The notes: generated by a model not told the origin, from the sequence alone. Shown: positions 44,456-58,750, numbered from the stretch's first letter. The stretch: DNA of 64,000 nucleotides from Azolla caroliniana (GCA_043228905.1 JBHGNT010000002.1:14012001-14076000); one strand, 5' to 3'. Numbers and translations: made by a program.

Positions 44456-44883
44456 TTTTTCTCCCTTAAATGTGCACATATGCACATAGCACACCCCTGC
44501 CCCCCACTCCCAACTTTGATCCCACATCCTCACTATACCCCTCTCCTAAAATCCTATATAAACCCCCTCCCTCACCCTCATGGTCTTATGTTGGCACTGA
44601 TGAGCCCGTGATGGGCGAAACTAGTTTGCCATAAGACCATACCTCAAACCCCATGTAATTTTTCATTTATAATGTTAATTGCATGTTTTTAATTATGCTT
44701 CTCTCCCTCGCTCTCTCTCTTCTAATCGTGTCTTAATTATGTTTCTTTAGTTCGTAATAGCACCTCTCTATTTCATTTCTATTAGTATGGTAATCCTCTT
44801 CCCTCCTCGTAACCTTTGTTTTTAAATTTTAATTATGATTTTCGTCTCGTATTTTAGTTTTAATCTTAGGTTTATTTATGTCT

Positions 44884-44927
<44 letters not shown>

Positions 44928-45410
44928 AGTTTTAATCTTAGGTTTATTTATGTTTTAATCTCTCACTCACACTCTCTCTCTCTCTCTCTTTAGTTTTAAT
45001 CTTAGGTTTATTTATGTTTTAATCTCTCTCTCTCTCTCTCTCTCTATTTTAATTAGTATGTTAATCCCCCTCCCTTTAAGCCTATCTTTTAATTTTAATT
45101 TCTTTCTAATTACCCCACCCTTTACTTTATTTTTAGGTTCATGTTTCTAGATTTAGATTTCATGTTTGTTAGTTTTCGGGTTATGTTTTTTGTTTTAGTG
45201 TTTATGTTTCTAATCTTAGTGTTTTAAACCCCCACCCCTCTTCCTTTTTGTTATTCCTAATCATGCCGGCTCCCTCTCCTTTCTTCTACCTCGTCTTCGA
45301 TTCGGGTGCGCTCAAATCGAGCGTGGTGTTCCTCTTCGCCTACCTCTACCCGCCGATTATCGACCATTCCGCACTCCTTGTTCCGACTGTAAGGTCCATA
45401 AACTTACAAT
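44456..45410 (+). mobile_element. ~950-bp non-coding insertion with a hammerhead ribozyme (Penelope-like/retrozyme-like remnant)
   Basis: Replaces about 5 codons of H RT (PDLSY|...|SQFM) without a TSD; TATA box ~44555, hammerhead, then T-rich and (CT)n repeats. Confidence 0.65.
44581..44639 (+). ncRNA. Minimal type I hammerhead ribozyme
   Basis: Stem I tggtctta..tggca / tgcca-taagacca; core CTGATGA 44597-44603; stem II gccc-gtgat-gggc; GAAA 44617-44620; stem III AC-ta-GT; cleavage triplet GUU (cut after 44626). Confidence 0.85.
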
Positions 45411-46571
45411 AGCCAATTCATGAAAACTCCGCGAGATATCCATTTGGATTGTGCTAAGTGAGTATTACGACACGTGAGCGGCATAATGGATTGTGGTATT
45501 CTCTACAAATCGGCCACACCAATTCGACTCGAAGGGTACATAGATGCCGATTGGGCTAGCTACATAGCTGATCGACGATCGACCTGCGGATTTTTCTTCT
45601 CGCTTGGCAACGGAGCAATATCTTGGAGTAGTAAGAAGCAATCTACCGTCGCACTTTCGAGCTTGGAGACTGAATATAGGGGCACAACTGTGGCTGCATG
45701 TGAACCTGTTTGGCTCAAGAGGATTTTGAAGGATCTGGACATTCCCATCAAGGATCCAACTCCCCTTTACTGTGACAACATGAGCAGTATCTATTTGGCT
45801 CGGAACCTGGTGTTCCATGCACGCACAAAGCATATCGAATTGCACTATCACTTCATTCAAGAGCGCGTTCAGGCCGGAGATGTCGACCTTCAACACATCA
45901 ACACGAATCTTCAGACAGCCGACATCTTCACCAAGGCCCTAGGAGCCGACAAGCTTCGGAAATTCATGTGAAACCTTGGATTGATGATCTCCGACTTGCC
46001 AAGCTTGAGGGGGAGTACAAGAGAGAACCGAATACCGTCTAAACCGGGTACGAGCCGAAGCGAACACCGGAGATCGTCCGAACCGGATACCAGCCCAAGT
46101 GGACATCAATCGAAAGGAACCGGCCCGAGTTGAGCTTGAGGGGGTGTGTTGAGAATCAAGCTCAACCTAGTGCAACGTGTGAACACACCCTTTGAGAATC
46201 TATGATCACTCAAAGGTCAAGAGTCACACCACTCTCTACACATTGACTATGTTACATAGAATCATATTCTATGACACATAACTAATGAGTCTTCACATTC
46301 CTGATTCTAGAGAGAGAGTGGACATTGTAGTGAGTTAATGAAGAGAGAGGGTGACCTTATATAAAGCACCCTCTTCCTACTTCATAGAGAGTCGGTTGTG
46401 ACTCCTTGTAATGCTACATTTTGTATTTGTTATTCTCCTTGTTAATATACACCTTCTTCTTGAGTACTTCATTTTTCTTTCATCTATCTTGTGTTTTCTC
46501 TTCTCTCATATCTATCCTCTCACACATACACATCTCTTCCGCTACACAAGAATCATATCCGATTCTTTACA

Positions 46572-46812
46572 AGAACATTCTAGAACATTATAGAAATCTC
46601 TAGGCTATTCTTTAGGAACCTATAAATATAGACATACAATTCTTCTCAAACCAATTCGAATCAACTCCAGTCTTAAGCTTTCATCACCTATATTGTATCC
46701 ATTCTCATTCGATCTTAATACAATCATTCTTCTCTTATCATTTCATTGTTCTCTTTTTGTGATCTCTTTATATCTTTCTTCTGTCATTCTATCTTTTCTC
46801 TTGGTTCTGACA
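46572..46812 (+). repeat. Partial LTR related to the element I family
   Basis: gaacattctagaa...cctataaa...caactccagtcttaagc...ctgaca resembles the reverse complement of the I LTR. Confidence 0.6.
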
Positions 46813-48230
46813 ATGTCGACTAAGATCTACAAAAAGGGAAAATGGCCCATAAATACAAATCATGGGTGGAAGATCCGTGTGGCAATGAAAGCTATTGAAG
46901 ACCTATATGGCACATGTCTTAGTATCCCTATCAGGATTGACAATGTCGAGATAGATCAAAAAAATGTATTCAAGACTCGGCATCCCATCCTATCATTCTA
47001 GGTCAACCGTACATGCCATCGTCCTAGATGGAAACTAAAGTGTTTGACGATGGTGCGGCATTTGCTCGAGTAAGGAGTCTTGATGGGAAGAAGGTCATAC
47101 AGTTATTGATTGTACATGCCAACCACGAAAGGAAGCGAGATAGTCTCGGAGAAGATACTTCAGATTTTTAGGTCGGGCTATTTGTGAGTAGGGCGCGAGT
47201 AGTCCAAACAAGCATATGCCCCCAAGAAGGAAGAAAGTTCGCGAATTTGTGGAAGGAGGGTTATACGTAGCCCCTAATAGAGTGTGCAAAATAAGCACAT
47301 TTGACAAAAAGAGAAGTCTCGGATTCAAAGCTTCGAGGAAGCTTTAAGAGAAGAAGAAATAATGGAAGGCGATGAAAGCATCAAATGGGTAATGGTGGAA
47401 GCTTTATTTAATGACACCATCGGCGAAATGGAGAATGTCATGGACTTGAGCCCTCATAACCAGCAAATAACTCAGATAAACTCCATTGAAATGTACGCTT
47501 CCATTGACGAGTATAAACGAAGTATCATGGCCGAGATGGTATAAGTTAACATAAAATACAAAACGGTGGACAATAAAATAAAGCATGTTGTTATTCCGTA
47601 CCTGAGGATAGCTGACAAAGAATGAAGGAAGTTGCATGGGATCCAAGCCTAAGGGATCTGAGAGGAATCAAACACACATTCACTAAAGAAACAAGAGAGA
47701 AGCTTCGCATAGGGAAAGATAAATTTCTCTTGCCAAAAGAAGAAGTCACATTTCGGGAAATGCTCAAAAGACATGGGAAAACATTTGCATTCTATCCAAA
47801 TGAAATTGGATGCACTAATCCAAGGATAATAGAACCAATGGTGATATTCACAATACCGCATGTGTCATGGAACCTGAAGTTGATACCAGTCCCAAGAGCA
47901 CACATTCCAAAATTAGTCAAACTCTTGAAAGAGAAGGTCGACATGGGAATTCTGGAACCATCGAATGCTCCTTACTCAAATAAGTGGTCCACGATACCAA
48001 AGAAGAATGGGACCTTAAGGTGCATACAAGATCTTCAACCAATGAATAAGGTGATGATCCGCAATCTTAGAATTGGTCCAAGTATCGATGAGTTCGCAGA
48101 AGCATTTGTGGGAAGGTTCATTTATTCTATTGGTGATCTCTACTCAAGCTACAATCAGTTTCAACTAGGAGTCGACAGCAAAGACATCACAACGATGAGG
48201 ACCCCGATAGGATTGGTACGAATGTGCATT
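46813..48230 (+). pseudogene. Element J: older family-C remnant (PR C-terminus, frameshift site, RT N-terminus)
   Basis: YKKGKWPINTNHGWKI and EPMVIFTIPHVSWNLKLIPVPRAHIPKL...DLYSSYNQF. Confidence 0.85.
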
Positions 48231-48740
48231 TGTTGTTATGGTTGTACATGTGGAGACATTGATTTCATGGAGGAAGGACCTATTTATTTCTTATTTATTA
48301 ATTGGTTAACATTTATTAATTATAATAGGAGCTTCTTGAGAAACATATGGCCACAATCAATAGAATTGGTTTTTTGTTTTTGTTTTGAGCTTGTATGTTT
48401 TATTTTTGTGTTTGGGATCACCAATCTTGAAAACATTGACTAGGCTATCGAGTAGGACCTAGGCCCACCCGTTTTTCTTGTACCTGAACACATTATATAT
48501 ATATGTTGCACATCCGTATTGATAGTACATCACACTACGTACACTATACATACATATTGCACATTTGTGCCGATCACAAATGGTATGGCAATTTAGAATG
48601 GAATATGTATTGATTGAATGTTTGGAAACTTGTGGTTTTCTACTACTAATGAAGACTTTATCCACCCCACCCCCACCCCCCCCCCCCCCCCCCCGCCAAA
48701 ACAAAAAACCAAAGAAAATAAAATAAAATTGGTGCTGGTG

Positions 48741-48775
<35 letters not shown>

Positions 48776-48943
48776 TCTTGGCATTTCCTTAAACAATATG
48801 TACGCTGTTTGCTTCTTTCCTGCTCCTGTCATGGATCTGCATAAACAGTGGCGGTGTAAACGACAAAGCCATGACGCTCTCTGTTATTCTCACTCTGACT
48901 CCCGTATAATTAGTAAAGAAGATTGATACGTGCTGCATTGTCC

Positions 48944-49972
48944 ATGGAAGCTATGAAATGCAAAGGAGGAGGAGCAGCAGGCGAGGAAGAAGAAGAAGAA
49001 GAATGGATGAATAGACTAAAGCACGGTGGTGGCCTACCCTTTCGAGAGCTCCACAAGTGTACGCATGGCTGGTCGTCTCCCCATGGCGACCTCTTTCAAG
49101 TGAGGAGTTCAACGTACATGGAATCCAAGAAGAAGACATGTGGCGGAGAGCCCCTCCTCAGAGCCATCGCTTTCGATTGGATCCAGTCGTCCACCAAGAT
49201 CTTCAACATCATGAAGCACCCGCACGGCCGCGTCCGCGCTGCCCTCCAAGAACGTATCCGAAGGAAGAACAGCAGCAGCAGCAGCAGCAGCAGCATCATC
49301 CCCTTCATCTGGGCCATCAACCTCCAAGTCCCTAGCAAAGACAATCATAGCCTCGTCTTTTACTACGCTTCTTCTTCTTCTTCATCCTCCTGCGGCCAAT
49401 CAAGCTATGACAAAGGCCACACTTTGCTCCAACGCTTCCTTGACGATGACGATTCCTTTCGTAACACCCGCTTCAAGCTCCTTGCCAACATTGTCCAGGG
49501 TCCATGGCTTGTGAAAGCGGCTGTGGGTGAGCGAGGTGCTTGCCTCTTGGGGAAGGCCGTCACATGCCACTACACCAGGGACCACCACTTCATGGAGATC
49601 GACGTCGACATCGGGGCATCCATCGTGGCCAATGCGATTGTCCACCTGGCTTTTGCAAGTGTCACATGCCTCACCGTCGATCTCGCTTTTGTACTCGAGG
49701 GACAATCTCAAGACGAGCTGCCCGAAAGGATCCTTGGCACAATAAGGTTTGCCAACCTTGATCCCACCTCTGCCACTTGTCTGGATTCATCACCACTAAA
49801 TGCCACTCCTCTGCCACCCAAAAAGTTTTGGAGGTCCTTCGGTTCTCTTCTTCATTCGAGCCATCAAGACCCGGTGGCCAATGTGGAAGAGGAACACTCA
49901 CATGCTTGCCAAGATCAAGGCTATGGAGATGGAGATGGAGATGGAGGGGCGAATGCTTCATCAAAGCAATAA
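48944..49972 (+). CDS. EDR2 C-terminal domain (DUF1336) protein, intronless, ~342 aa
   Basis: GWSSPHGDLFQVRS, NLQVP, FRNTRFKLLANIVQGPWLVKAAVG, EIDVDIGAS, DLAFVLEGQSQDELPERILG. Confidence 0.9.
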   Translation: MEAMKCKGGGAAGEEEEEEEWMNRLKHGGGLPFRELHKCTHGWSSPHGDLFQVRSSTYMESKKKTCGGEPLLRAIAFDWIQSSTKIFNIMKHPHGRVRAALQERIRRKNSSSSSSSSIIPFIWAINLQVPSKDNHSLVFYYASSSSSSSCGQSSYDKGHTLLQRFLDDDDSFRNTRFKLLANIVQGPWLVKAAVGERGACLLGKAVTCHYTRDHHFMEIDVDIGASIVANAIVHLAFASVTCLTVDLAFVLEGQSQDELPERILGTIRFANLDPTSATCLDSSPLNATPLPPKKFWRSFGSLLHSSHQDPVANVEEEHSHACQDQGYGDGDGDGGANASSKQ

Positions 49973-50854
49973 AATTTCATTATTTAGTAGAGGTTTTAAA
50001 GATTATAACAAAGTTCTAAAACTCAGTGGTACACCCTTCCAAGTTATTCTCTCTCTCTCTCCAATGGCATGGCATCGTTCACACGGTTAACTCAATGTTG
50101 TAAATGTCTTGGAGCATGTAAATTCAAGCAAATCAAAGGGTCCGGTATTCATAATTCAAACTTTGTTGTCAATAATAAGGTAGGATGCACGGCGAAATTC
50201 GAAATTCAAACTTTGATGGAGGCAAATCCCTCTCTAAGAAACCAACAAGGGTCAAAGATGCGTCCAAATGGCCCATGGTGTCTGCTCTTAGGAGACGCCG
50301 AACTGTTTGGATGAATGTATCGAGGAGGGGCATATTTGTTTGGTATGTGAGGATCAATCTATGGAGTATGGGGGTATGCATGCCCTTGGGTGTCCGCACA
50401 CATTCTTCTATAATTTACTCACATGCCCTTGGGGATATGCATCTACTCTCCAAGAGCAGACATACGTAGGTATGTACGTACTACCTAACTTCAAGATTGA
50501 CTGTGACAAGGACTATTGTTAATGTTGTTTCCTCTACAATAACATGTTAGTACATATTCTTTTCTGCCCTTTCAAGTGAGACATGTGTTGGGGATAAATT
50601 GAGGTGGCACTTGGATGTGGTTATTATTAGGGTAGTGGGATCCCTGGGGAAACTTCTCTACAGAGATGAGCGGACCCCGGAACGAAACCTGCCTGAAATT
50701 TTGAACTTCTTTATTTCTAAAGAAGAATGTGTCTAACGGAGATTCTAAAAACATGACGATGCCTACCAAATTCTAAGCATAAAAAGAGTCACACACATTA
50801 TCACATATATCAAAGTGGTTGAGAACCATGTATGTATCTACATGTTTTGGTTAT

Positions 50855-50897
<43 letters not shown>

Positions 50898-52730
50898 CTT
50901 GTCCATCAACCCAAATTAAACTCTTCAAATATTAATCATTCGATTGGATGGGGAAGTCCTCCCATTTCTAAATTGAGCAGCAGCGTGGGATATATCCTTG
51001 AGGGGACTGACTTCTTTGACGCAATGGTTGAAGGTGTATTAGACAGGGCAGCGATTACCCTCAACTAGTGCAACTTGTGACGTCGAAGACCTCTTGAACA
51101 TCAAGTCAAGTAGAAGCTCCATCCAATGTAGCTCTTTTGTCTAGCTTTGGCCACTCCTTCTATTCATTTGACTATCGATTTTTAGGTTCTCAACATCAAG
51201 TAGAAGCTCCATCTTAGTCTTCCCCTTTTGTAACGTTAGTTTGTCCAACCTATACTCACGCCTTGAACTTGCCATAGTATTGTTCTTATTTTAAGTAATG
51301 TATGTAGAGTTTTGTTGGTTGTAGAAGAAGGCAACTGTGAGATTTAGATCATGCAACAATGCTGTGATGCCATGTAATAAAACTGGAACAAGTGAAAGAA
51401 AAACTAGAAAAAAGAGGAGGGAGCCTTGATCAAAATATAATTACTCTCTCTCTCGCGCGCGCGCGCAATATTTTGATATAAATTGTAATTGTTATTTTCT
51501 CTTTTCTAAATATTCGTGCAGTTAACTATTATTTTGTCTTTACATATATCCGCGTAACTGACCTCTTAATAGTTTCTTTGTGGTGTTGGGAGGTAATCTT
51601 AACACTACATGGCTTTCATTCTAAAATTATATTCCTGGGGATGGATAACAACAAAAGAAAGCTATAGGGTTAGGGTTAAAGAAAGCAACATATTGGCTTT
51701 GTATCGTGCTGCCTAATTAAGAAAGTATCCGATCCTAAAATTTGACCAGATTCAGGGGTGTACAGAATTTAAATGTTTGCATTAGGGCACCAATATTATA
51801 AACTTGGGATTATTTGAATTAACCTCCACTACAATCTACAACATTTTAATAATTATAAGAATTGTCCTGCACATAGTTGGAGCTTTTGACGATGATATGT
51901 ATATATATATATATATATATTGGCAATCTTAGAATTGTCAGTTTTGGGAAACAAACTGTTCCTGGATGATGGACTGACTGGACGATAGTACCAAAATTAA
52001 GAGAACTGCTTTGTTTTCTGGTAGCGTTTGCATTATAGATGTTGATGCTATTTTTGTTTCGAGAAGAAAAGTGAAATTGAAGAAGTGCGGAGTCCACGAA
52101 TGAGCATTTCTTGGTTACAAACTTACGAAAGGCATCGGCGTGGAGTGCAGGAATGACCATTTCTCCACAACACATGGATGGATGCGTTGACGAGATCAGA
52201 TGAGATGACACGAGAGAGCCAGTATAGAAAGTAAGTAAAACGCAATTCATGAGAAGAAGGGCAAAACCGCTCACGAGGAAAAATTTGCACCCAATAGTTA
52301 GTGGAATTCAGACGAGACTACGAAAAATAAAAACGTTGGTATTCAATCGTCTCCATTCCTATAACAATTATTATGAGAATTCGCTCATTCCCCACCGACA
52401 ATAATAAACTCTGTTTGCTGTATGTATGTATACCCAAGTCCAACTCTCGTCAAGAAAGAGTGCAGAAATTATGGTGTAGATGTATTCCTTCTTACCACAC
52501 TCACACTCTGGGAACTCAGATTATAAATTGAACTTGGAAGGACGTTGACATAGATAACAGCGGTATATTAGCAATACCAACACGAGTACTTGAAATGCAT
52601 GCATGGATGGATGGATGGATGGATATAGTATAGTCTTGTTATCTGAAATGGCGATCAAACTGCAATCAGCTTGGTAATGACGAATGGGTGGGTGTGTGAA
52701 AGTGCAGAAAAAGGAGGAAGGGTTTTATTT

Positions 52731-53287
52731 TTAGGTGTCAGATCTTTTGGTGATGAGACCTTGAATGGAGATGATGGTACCACACACTCCGACAATGATC
52801 CCGGCGACAATTAACAGGATTATGAAGACAGCCGATCTCATCTTCAACTGTCCCCAATAGAACTTGAGGTAGAAGGTGCAGGGAAAGATCATGCATATGG
52901 ATATAGTCATGGAGGAGCCAACAAATGCTATGATATACTCGAAGTATGGGAAGACCATGGCGAGAATGACGATGAGAGCCAGCGCCAGAGACCTGAGGAG
53001 CGTACTGACAGCATAAAGCATGGAGGTCTTGGATGTTTTCCATCGCTGGTAGAGCTGGAGTTCTAAGGCGGTAGTTATTGGGGAGAGTTGGAGAGCAAAC
53101 TTGAGCATGGGCGTGAGGACGGTCATCCAGAGGATTATTTTGGAGGTCACCAGGTGGGTTGGCATGTTCAGGGTCACCTGCGACGCCGTCCCATTCCCGA
53201 ACATGTATGCGCCCGCAATCCCAAGCCCCGCCATGCACGACGTCACAATGGAGAAGCTCGCCACGATCACCTGCGTTGTTGCATTGC

Positions 53288-53321
<34 letters not shown>

Positions 53322-55293
53322 ATGTTAATGTACATATGTATGTTTGTGCATTATGTATACATATGTATATTATATATTATGTATGGCATATGCTATGCTA
53401 TGGCATGTATACATATTATGTATATTATATACATATATGTATGTATACATACATATGTGCTATGCAGGACGACACGTATTCAATTGAAAAAGCCATGAAT
53501 GAAGGAAGAAGAAAGAATATTTGATGGGATGGGATAGTTACTTTTTACTTACGGTGCTGAACTTGGAGGGGTCTTCCATGGACATGTAGATGGATGGGAA
53601 GACGCTGGTGCCGCCGAAGGAGAAGGCATAGAGGCCAGCAGCGACTGGGATGCCGGAGAGTCGGAGGAAGGGGATGGGGTGAGAGAAGCCGATGTGGCCG
53701 TCCACAGTGGCAGCCAAGAGGACGGCCAGCAATAAGCAGGAGGTGGTGAGGATGCACCACATGGAGGTGAAGGAGAGGGCACTCAAATCGCGCAACCAGA
53801 CGGTGGGCAGGATGACCATGGCCGCAAGGAACATCATGAAATTGCGGGCGGTGAGGCCCGGTAGTAGCCCACTAGCGAAGAAGCTCCCCCCCCCGTGGGG
53901 GGCGAAAATGTAGGCCAAGTTGTCGCCCACACTGATGCAGTAGCCAACCAACGTGCCCGTTATCTCCATGTAGAAGATCGCGTTGATGAAGTGCTCCGCT
54001 CGCTTCCCAAATGCGGCTCTCGCCACCTCCTCATAACTCCCCCCTGATTTCATCAACATCTTGGACCTCGTGTTGAAGTGCACACACTTGGCCATGAGAT
54101 ATGCTGCGTAACCATAGCTCCATGAGATGAGCAACGCTATTATGGCACCCATCCAGCCCGCCTGTGCCACTGCGAACGGCGACGACAGTATCCCTAACCC
54201 TACCAACAACCCAATGCGCAAATCCACCTCAGTCACTCTTCAGTCAGTCAGACAGACGCCTGCTTTACGCTTTACAGATGTGCATGTATGTATGTATGTA
54301 TGTATGTATGTATGTATGGCGTGTGTTGTTGGTCTTCTTCTTCAATACATACATATACGTACGTGCTGCTGCTGCTTGCTGCTTTATCTCTAAGGCTTAC
54401 TTACTTACGTTACACGTACCTAACCTAGTTAAATCAATATAGTCCTTCCCGTCCCTTCCCTTTCAAAACCGTGGTTTAATACTAATTACTAATACTCACT
54501 ACTAATCATCAGTCAAGGAAACACATTTGTTTCCTAGGTCTTAGAAGACGTCAGTACATCTTTCTTTGTTTCCTTCTTTCGGAACTCCTGCCCCACCCTT
54601 GAGGTTTTCCCACTAGTATTGTAAATTGTTACGCTAAGATTGAAAGATATGCTACATATGAATGCCACTAGTTAATTACTACAAACACACGAGTTATTAC
54701 TTATGTTGATTATGCAAAAGAAAGTGACATGCATGTGCTTCACGAATTTAAGATTAGGCATTCTGAAGAAAAAAAAAGCTCCGATGGATACCCAACAGCA
54801 TGCTCACACAATTCAATGTGGCTTGGAAGAAAGTGGATTTTCGTTGAGGAGGAGGCCCTTCCAAGTGCGACGGTTTGAGTTTCTCTTCTTTGATTGAGCT
54901 TGGATTTGGAATCGGATTATTAAGAGGCACTTTGTTCGCCATGTTGGACCCTTCCATATTCGTTATGTGAGGAAGAGTTGGGGCAACCATGAAGTTTTTC
55001 GCAGACTCGTTATGTGATCTAGGATCATGAGAACAATCATTTGAAACATGAAGATCAACATGCTCGACACAACTTATCATGGTATTCCTCATATTAGGCT
55101 TTGGTTTATCATTGAACACCATGATATCCGATGTATTTCCTAGAGGTGGCAGTTGAATGATATGAGAATTTTGTGAATAGGCATTAGTGTTTGAATGCTC
55201 AATTACTGGGTTTTGTGTACAAGCCAAGGCATTTGTTGGCGCATAAGCCTCATTCATATTAGACATGTCAAAGGAGATGGAATTGGCAGCCAT
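52731..55293 (-). CDS. AVT1-like amino-acid transporter (Aa_trans family), 3 exons: 55293-54792, 54199-53553, 53270-52731 (~562 aa)
   Basis: Phase-consistent GT-AG introns; STFFQATLNCVSMLLGLGILSSPFAVAQAGW, ILPTVWLRDLSALSF, GLYAFSFGGTSVFPSIYMSM, SQVTLNMP, PYFEYIIAFVGS. Confidence 0.9.
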
Positions 55294-58200
55294 ATTTGTC
55301 CAATATGTTAGCTTGTTGTAAACACACCTATAGATCATCCATAAGAACATTGAAATGGTTAAACAATATAGAACCTAAAACAAAATCAAAACTATAGTCA
55401 AATAACGCAATTGATCATCATATTCTCTAAGTTTTCACTCATTTCATACCCTTAATAAGGAGCCATTTTTAAACAAATTGGTTATCCATCAAAGACCTTC
55501 ATTTCAATGGTTTTCTATATGTAATGGTGTGCCATGTTATACATTCTTATGTTTTTATCATTTAGATTTCATTCAAATATTAAATGATGTGGAAAGACTT
55601 CACTTATGTCAGGTTGGAGTTGCTATACCTCTTATTTATGCTTGAAACTTGAAGCGATACATCCTTAAGAAAGCAAAATATGCCTCGAGAAATGTATCCT
55701 GGCTCCTCTAATATAAATACCCATACATTTTCAAAAAAGTATATCCTCACTCGCTTGACCCATGATAATATTGAATGTGGCTTATTTTGAGGTAGGTGGA
55801 CACAAAGAACATTTGTAATGAAGTGGAGGCATATGTTTTTTTATCTTAAAATTACCACAAGGAAACCTCACCATCAATCAATTCTCTCGACTAGCTTCCC
55901 TTTTCCTCGTGTTTTGTTTTAGTTATTATTGAAAGGAAGTTGTGGTTTTGTACCACTCACATAGGTGAAGTGGCTCAATGGATTTCCCAATATGATCTCC
56001 ATATTGGAGTAGCAAGTCCAATATGGTTTGATTTAGTTTATGTGTGCACGTGCCACCCCTACAAACTATATAGATAGTGCATATGGGCCATCATTTCCTA
56101 TACGTGAGTTTTGTGCTCATTTTAGCACGAGTTTTGTGTGCATTTGTGGAGGAGGAGACAAGATAGTTTATGTAATCCTTGGTTTCCCCATTTTAATATT
56201 GGATACTTGTAGGCTAAATGTATTTTAGAAGTTGATTATGTGTTTAGACATATTTACTAATTTTGAGAACCTTTACTAATTTAGACATATTTACATATTG
56301 AATAATTCAGAAATATGCATAATGAACAAGCAGTTTTGTTGTGCAAACTTTGTTCATGAATGATAGTTAATTGTGCTAAATTGGCAATTGGTTGACATTA
56401 TAGGAAGTAACAACAAGTTCATTCACCACACTTATTAGTCCAATTCTAATAGCTTAGCTTTGTGAAAAAGGAATGGTGACTTGGTAAAATTCTAAATCAG
56501 GAGACTTTTATGGTCAATTCTCATTATTATTGTTGGATATTTGTAAATTTTCCCTTTTGGTCTTGGTCTATGTGTATTTTATGACATGAAGAATGGACTT
56601 TCACTAAAGAAATTGTTGTGGTTGGTTGGGCATGCAACTAGTATAAAGAAAGGGAAGACATTATGTGGTAAAGCATAATGTTAAAAGTGTTTTCTTGATA
56701 CATCATATCATATGCATATAATACGACGGTAAGATACCCACAAATGATTAAACTATAGATTTAAGATTGCACATATTAAACTATAGATTTAAGATTTAGT
56801 AAAACTTGGGGTAAGTAGCATCATGGTCATAAATTCAAGTTATGTTTTACCCAATGGATTTGGTTCCATCCTATTCTCTCACAATCTCAATTCGAGGCTC
56901 ACCCACAAACTACCTTTGCTAAAAAATGTCTTTACAACATGGATATTAACAATCTAGTTTTCTATATATAGTGTAATTGCTTTTCATGTGTCTTTAATCA
57001 CTCTCGAAATGTTATTTCACATATAATTTTCATCATAAAAGAAATCTCTTACATGCTTGATATTCCCCAACATATGTTTTTATGGAACCATCTACTAACC
57101 ATGTCCTAATATGATTTGATACCATGTTACATTTCTTACCTAGATCAATTGGAAAGCCTCCCTTAGGCTTTGGGGAAAGCCCAACACTTTCTTTATCCCA
57201 CAAAATCTTTGTTAGAATGGGCATATGCCATATGTGGATAGCACTTCAAGTGACTTACATGTCTTCTGGCATGAATACCCAATCATGGGTCAAAAAGATA
57301 TTGTGGCTATAATAATCTTCAACGAAGTTATCAAACACAATGCCTAATCCTAGAGTGAAGATGAAAACAATGTATCAACTTTGCCCTTCTCAAATGAAGT
57401 AATAAAACAACATCATAGTTACGATCCTCACTCCATAAAGTTTCATTATAGATTCAGTTTTAAACTTTTCCATTTGTATGTGTAGTAGCATCTATATAAT
57501 CATATTGCCAAAATATATTAAATAGATCCATGATTTGAAGGGCACTTTCAATTTACAACATTAGAAAACTAAAGAGCTTTGAAACTAAGAAATTAAAATA
57601 TCCTGGTAGTGTGATGCATAATACAGGATTGTAGGATGATATTTTGTGAATATTACCAAGTTATAAGCCTAATGTCCAACCATAAAACAAAATATTGAGC
57701 TACTAACATAAGATGAAACATGTGCTTGTGCGTTTGTATATATATCCACTCATCTTTAAAGTTCAAAATGATCTATTCTTTTTTTGCTTCAACCAATTGA
57801 TTCTTCCTCAACTCAAGTTTAATGTAATTCATGATAAGGTTATTAATTTCACGCTAGAGAGTTTTATATGTGTTTAAATGAGAAACACTACGGTAACCCT
57901 AGCAATGAGCATTGAGAGATTGCATAGGCACATGACACTAAAACTAAAAAATGCATGCAAATGTATATTTGCACGAGACTATATGTGGATATTTCATGAT
58001 TGCACGGGTACACAATCCATTTGATACCCGAATATTATGTATCTCATATTTTCACAAGTGAGTTTTCAAGGACCATGGTTTAAATATAAGATTATAAAAC
58101 CTTCACGATGTAAGTAAAAACTCCCCACTATCTTGAACTTTTAAGAAAATGCTCATTTCCTTGAGATTACATCAAATCAAATAATGTGAGATGCTTTAAT

Positions 58201-58606
58201 TGATACTTTTTTTATTCTTTGGATCTTGTCCAAATGAGATGCCATGGGTCATATAAAATTAATGATTATTAAATAAAAACTCGTGAGTCGTGACACTCAA
58301 ATAAAAGTGGAAATAGTAAAACGCTATATTATTTGCATTATTGTTAAATAAATGATACACAAATAGTTTTGAGCATTTAACATTAAAAATGGCTCATTGA
58401 CATAGAATATGATTGAAAAATATGATTAAACAATGCAAATGGGAGTTTTTTTCAATACAATAGTACTCTTAATGACAATGTTTGATCTACATATCTCATG
58501 GTTCATGGTTCTACTTCAATTGGAATAATCACCCAGGAGATGTTCCAAGTTCTAGCCTACCGTACAAAATATGGCGACATGTTTGGATTTAAGTTCTTAA
58601 CCAGTA

Positions 58607-58750
58607 CATAGAATGTATTGGGAGCCATGAAGGTGTCTTATTGCATCATCTTTATGATAATAGTCACACTCACTCTTGCATAGAATGTATTGGGAGACAT
58701 GACAGTGTCTTATTGCATCACTTTTATCATAATAGTCACACTCACTCTTG
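58607..58750. repeat. 72-bp tandem duplication
   Basis: catagaatgtattgggag...cacactcactcttg occurs twice. Confidence 0.9.

Larger units (their letters stand above)
42300..46571 (+). mobile_element. Element H: 5'-truncated Ty1/Copia (INT, RT, RH, PPT, 3' LTR 46147-46571)
   Basis: IHSDVWGP, GYKCYNP, YVDDLVI, TITRPDLSY, SWSSKKQSTVALSS, HARTKHIELHYHF; gagcttgagggggtg|tgttgag. Confidence 0.88.

Noticed and set aside
50000-52700. ORFs between the two host genes
   Set aside because: Short, overlapping, microsatellite-containing and without recognisable motifs.
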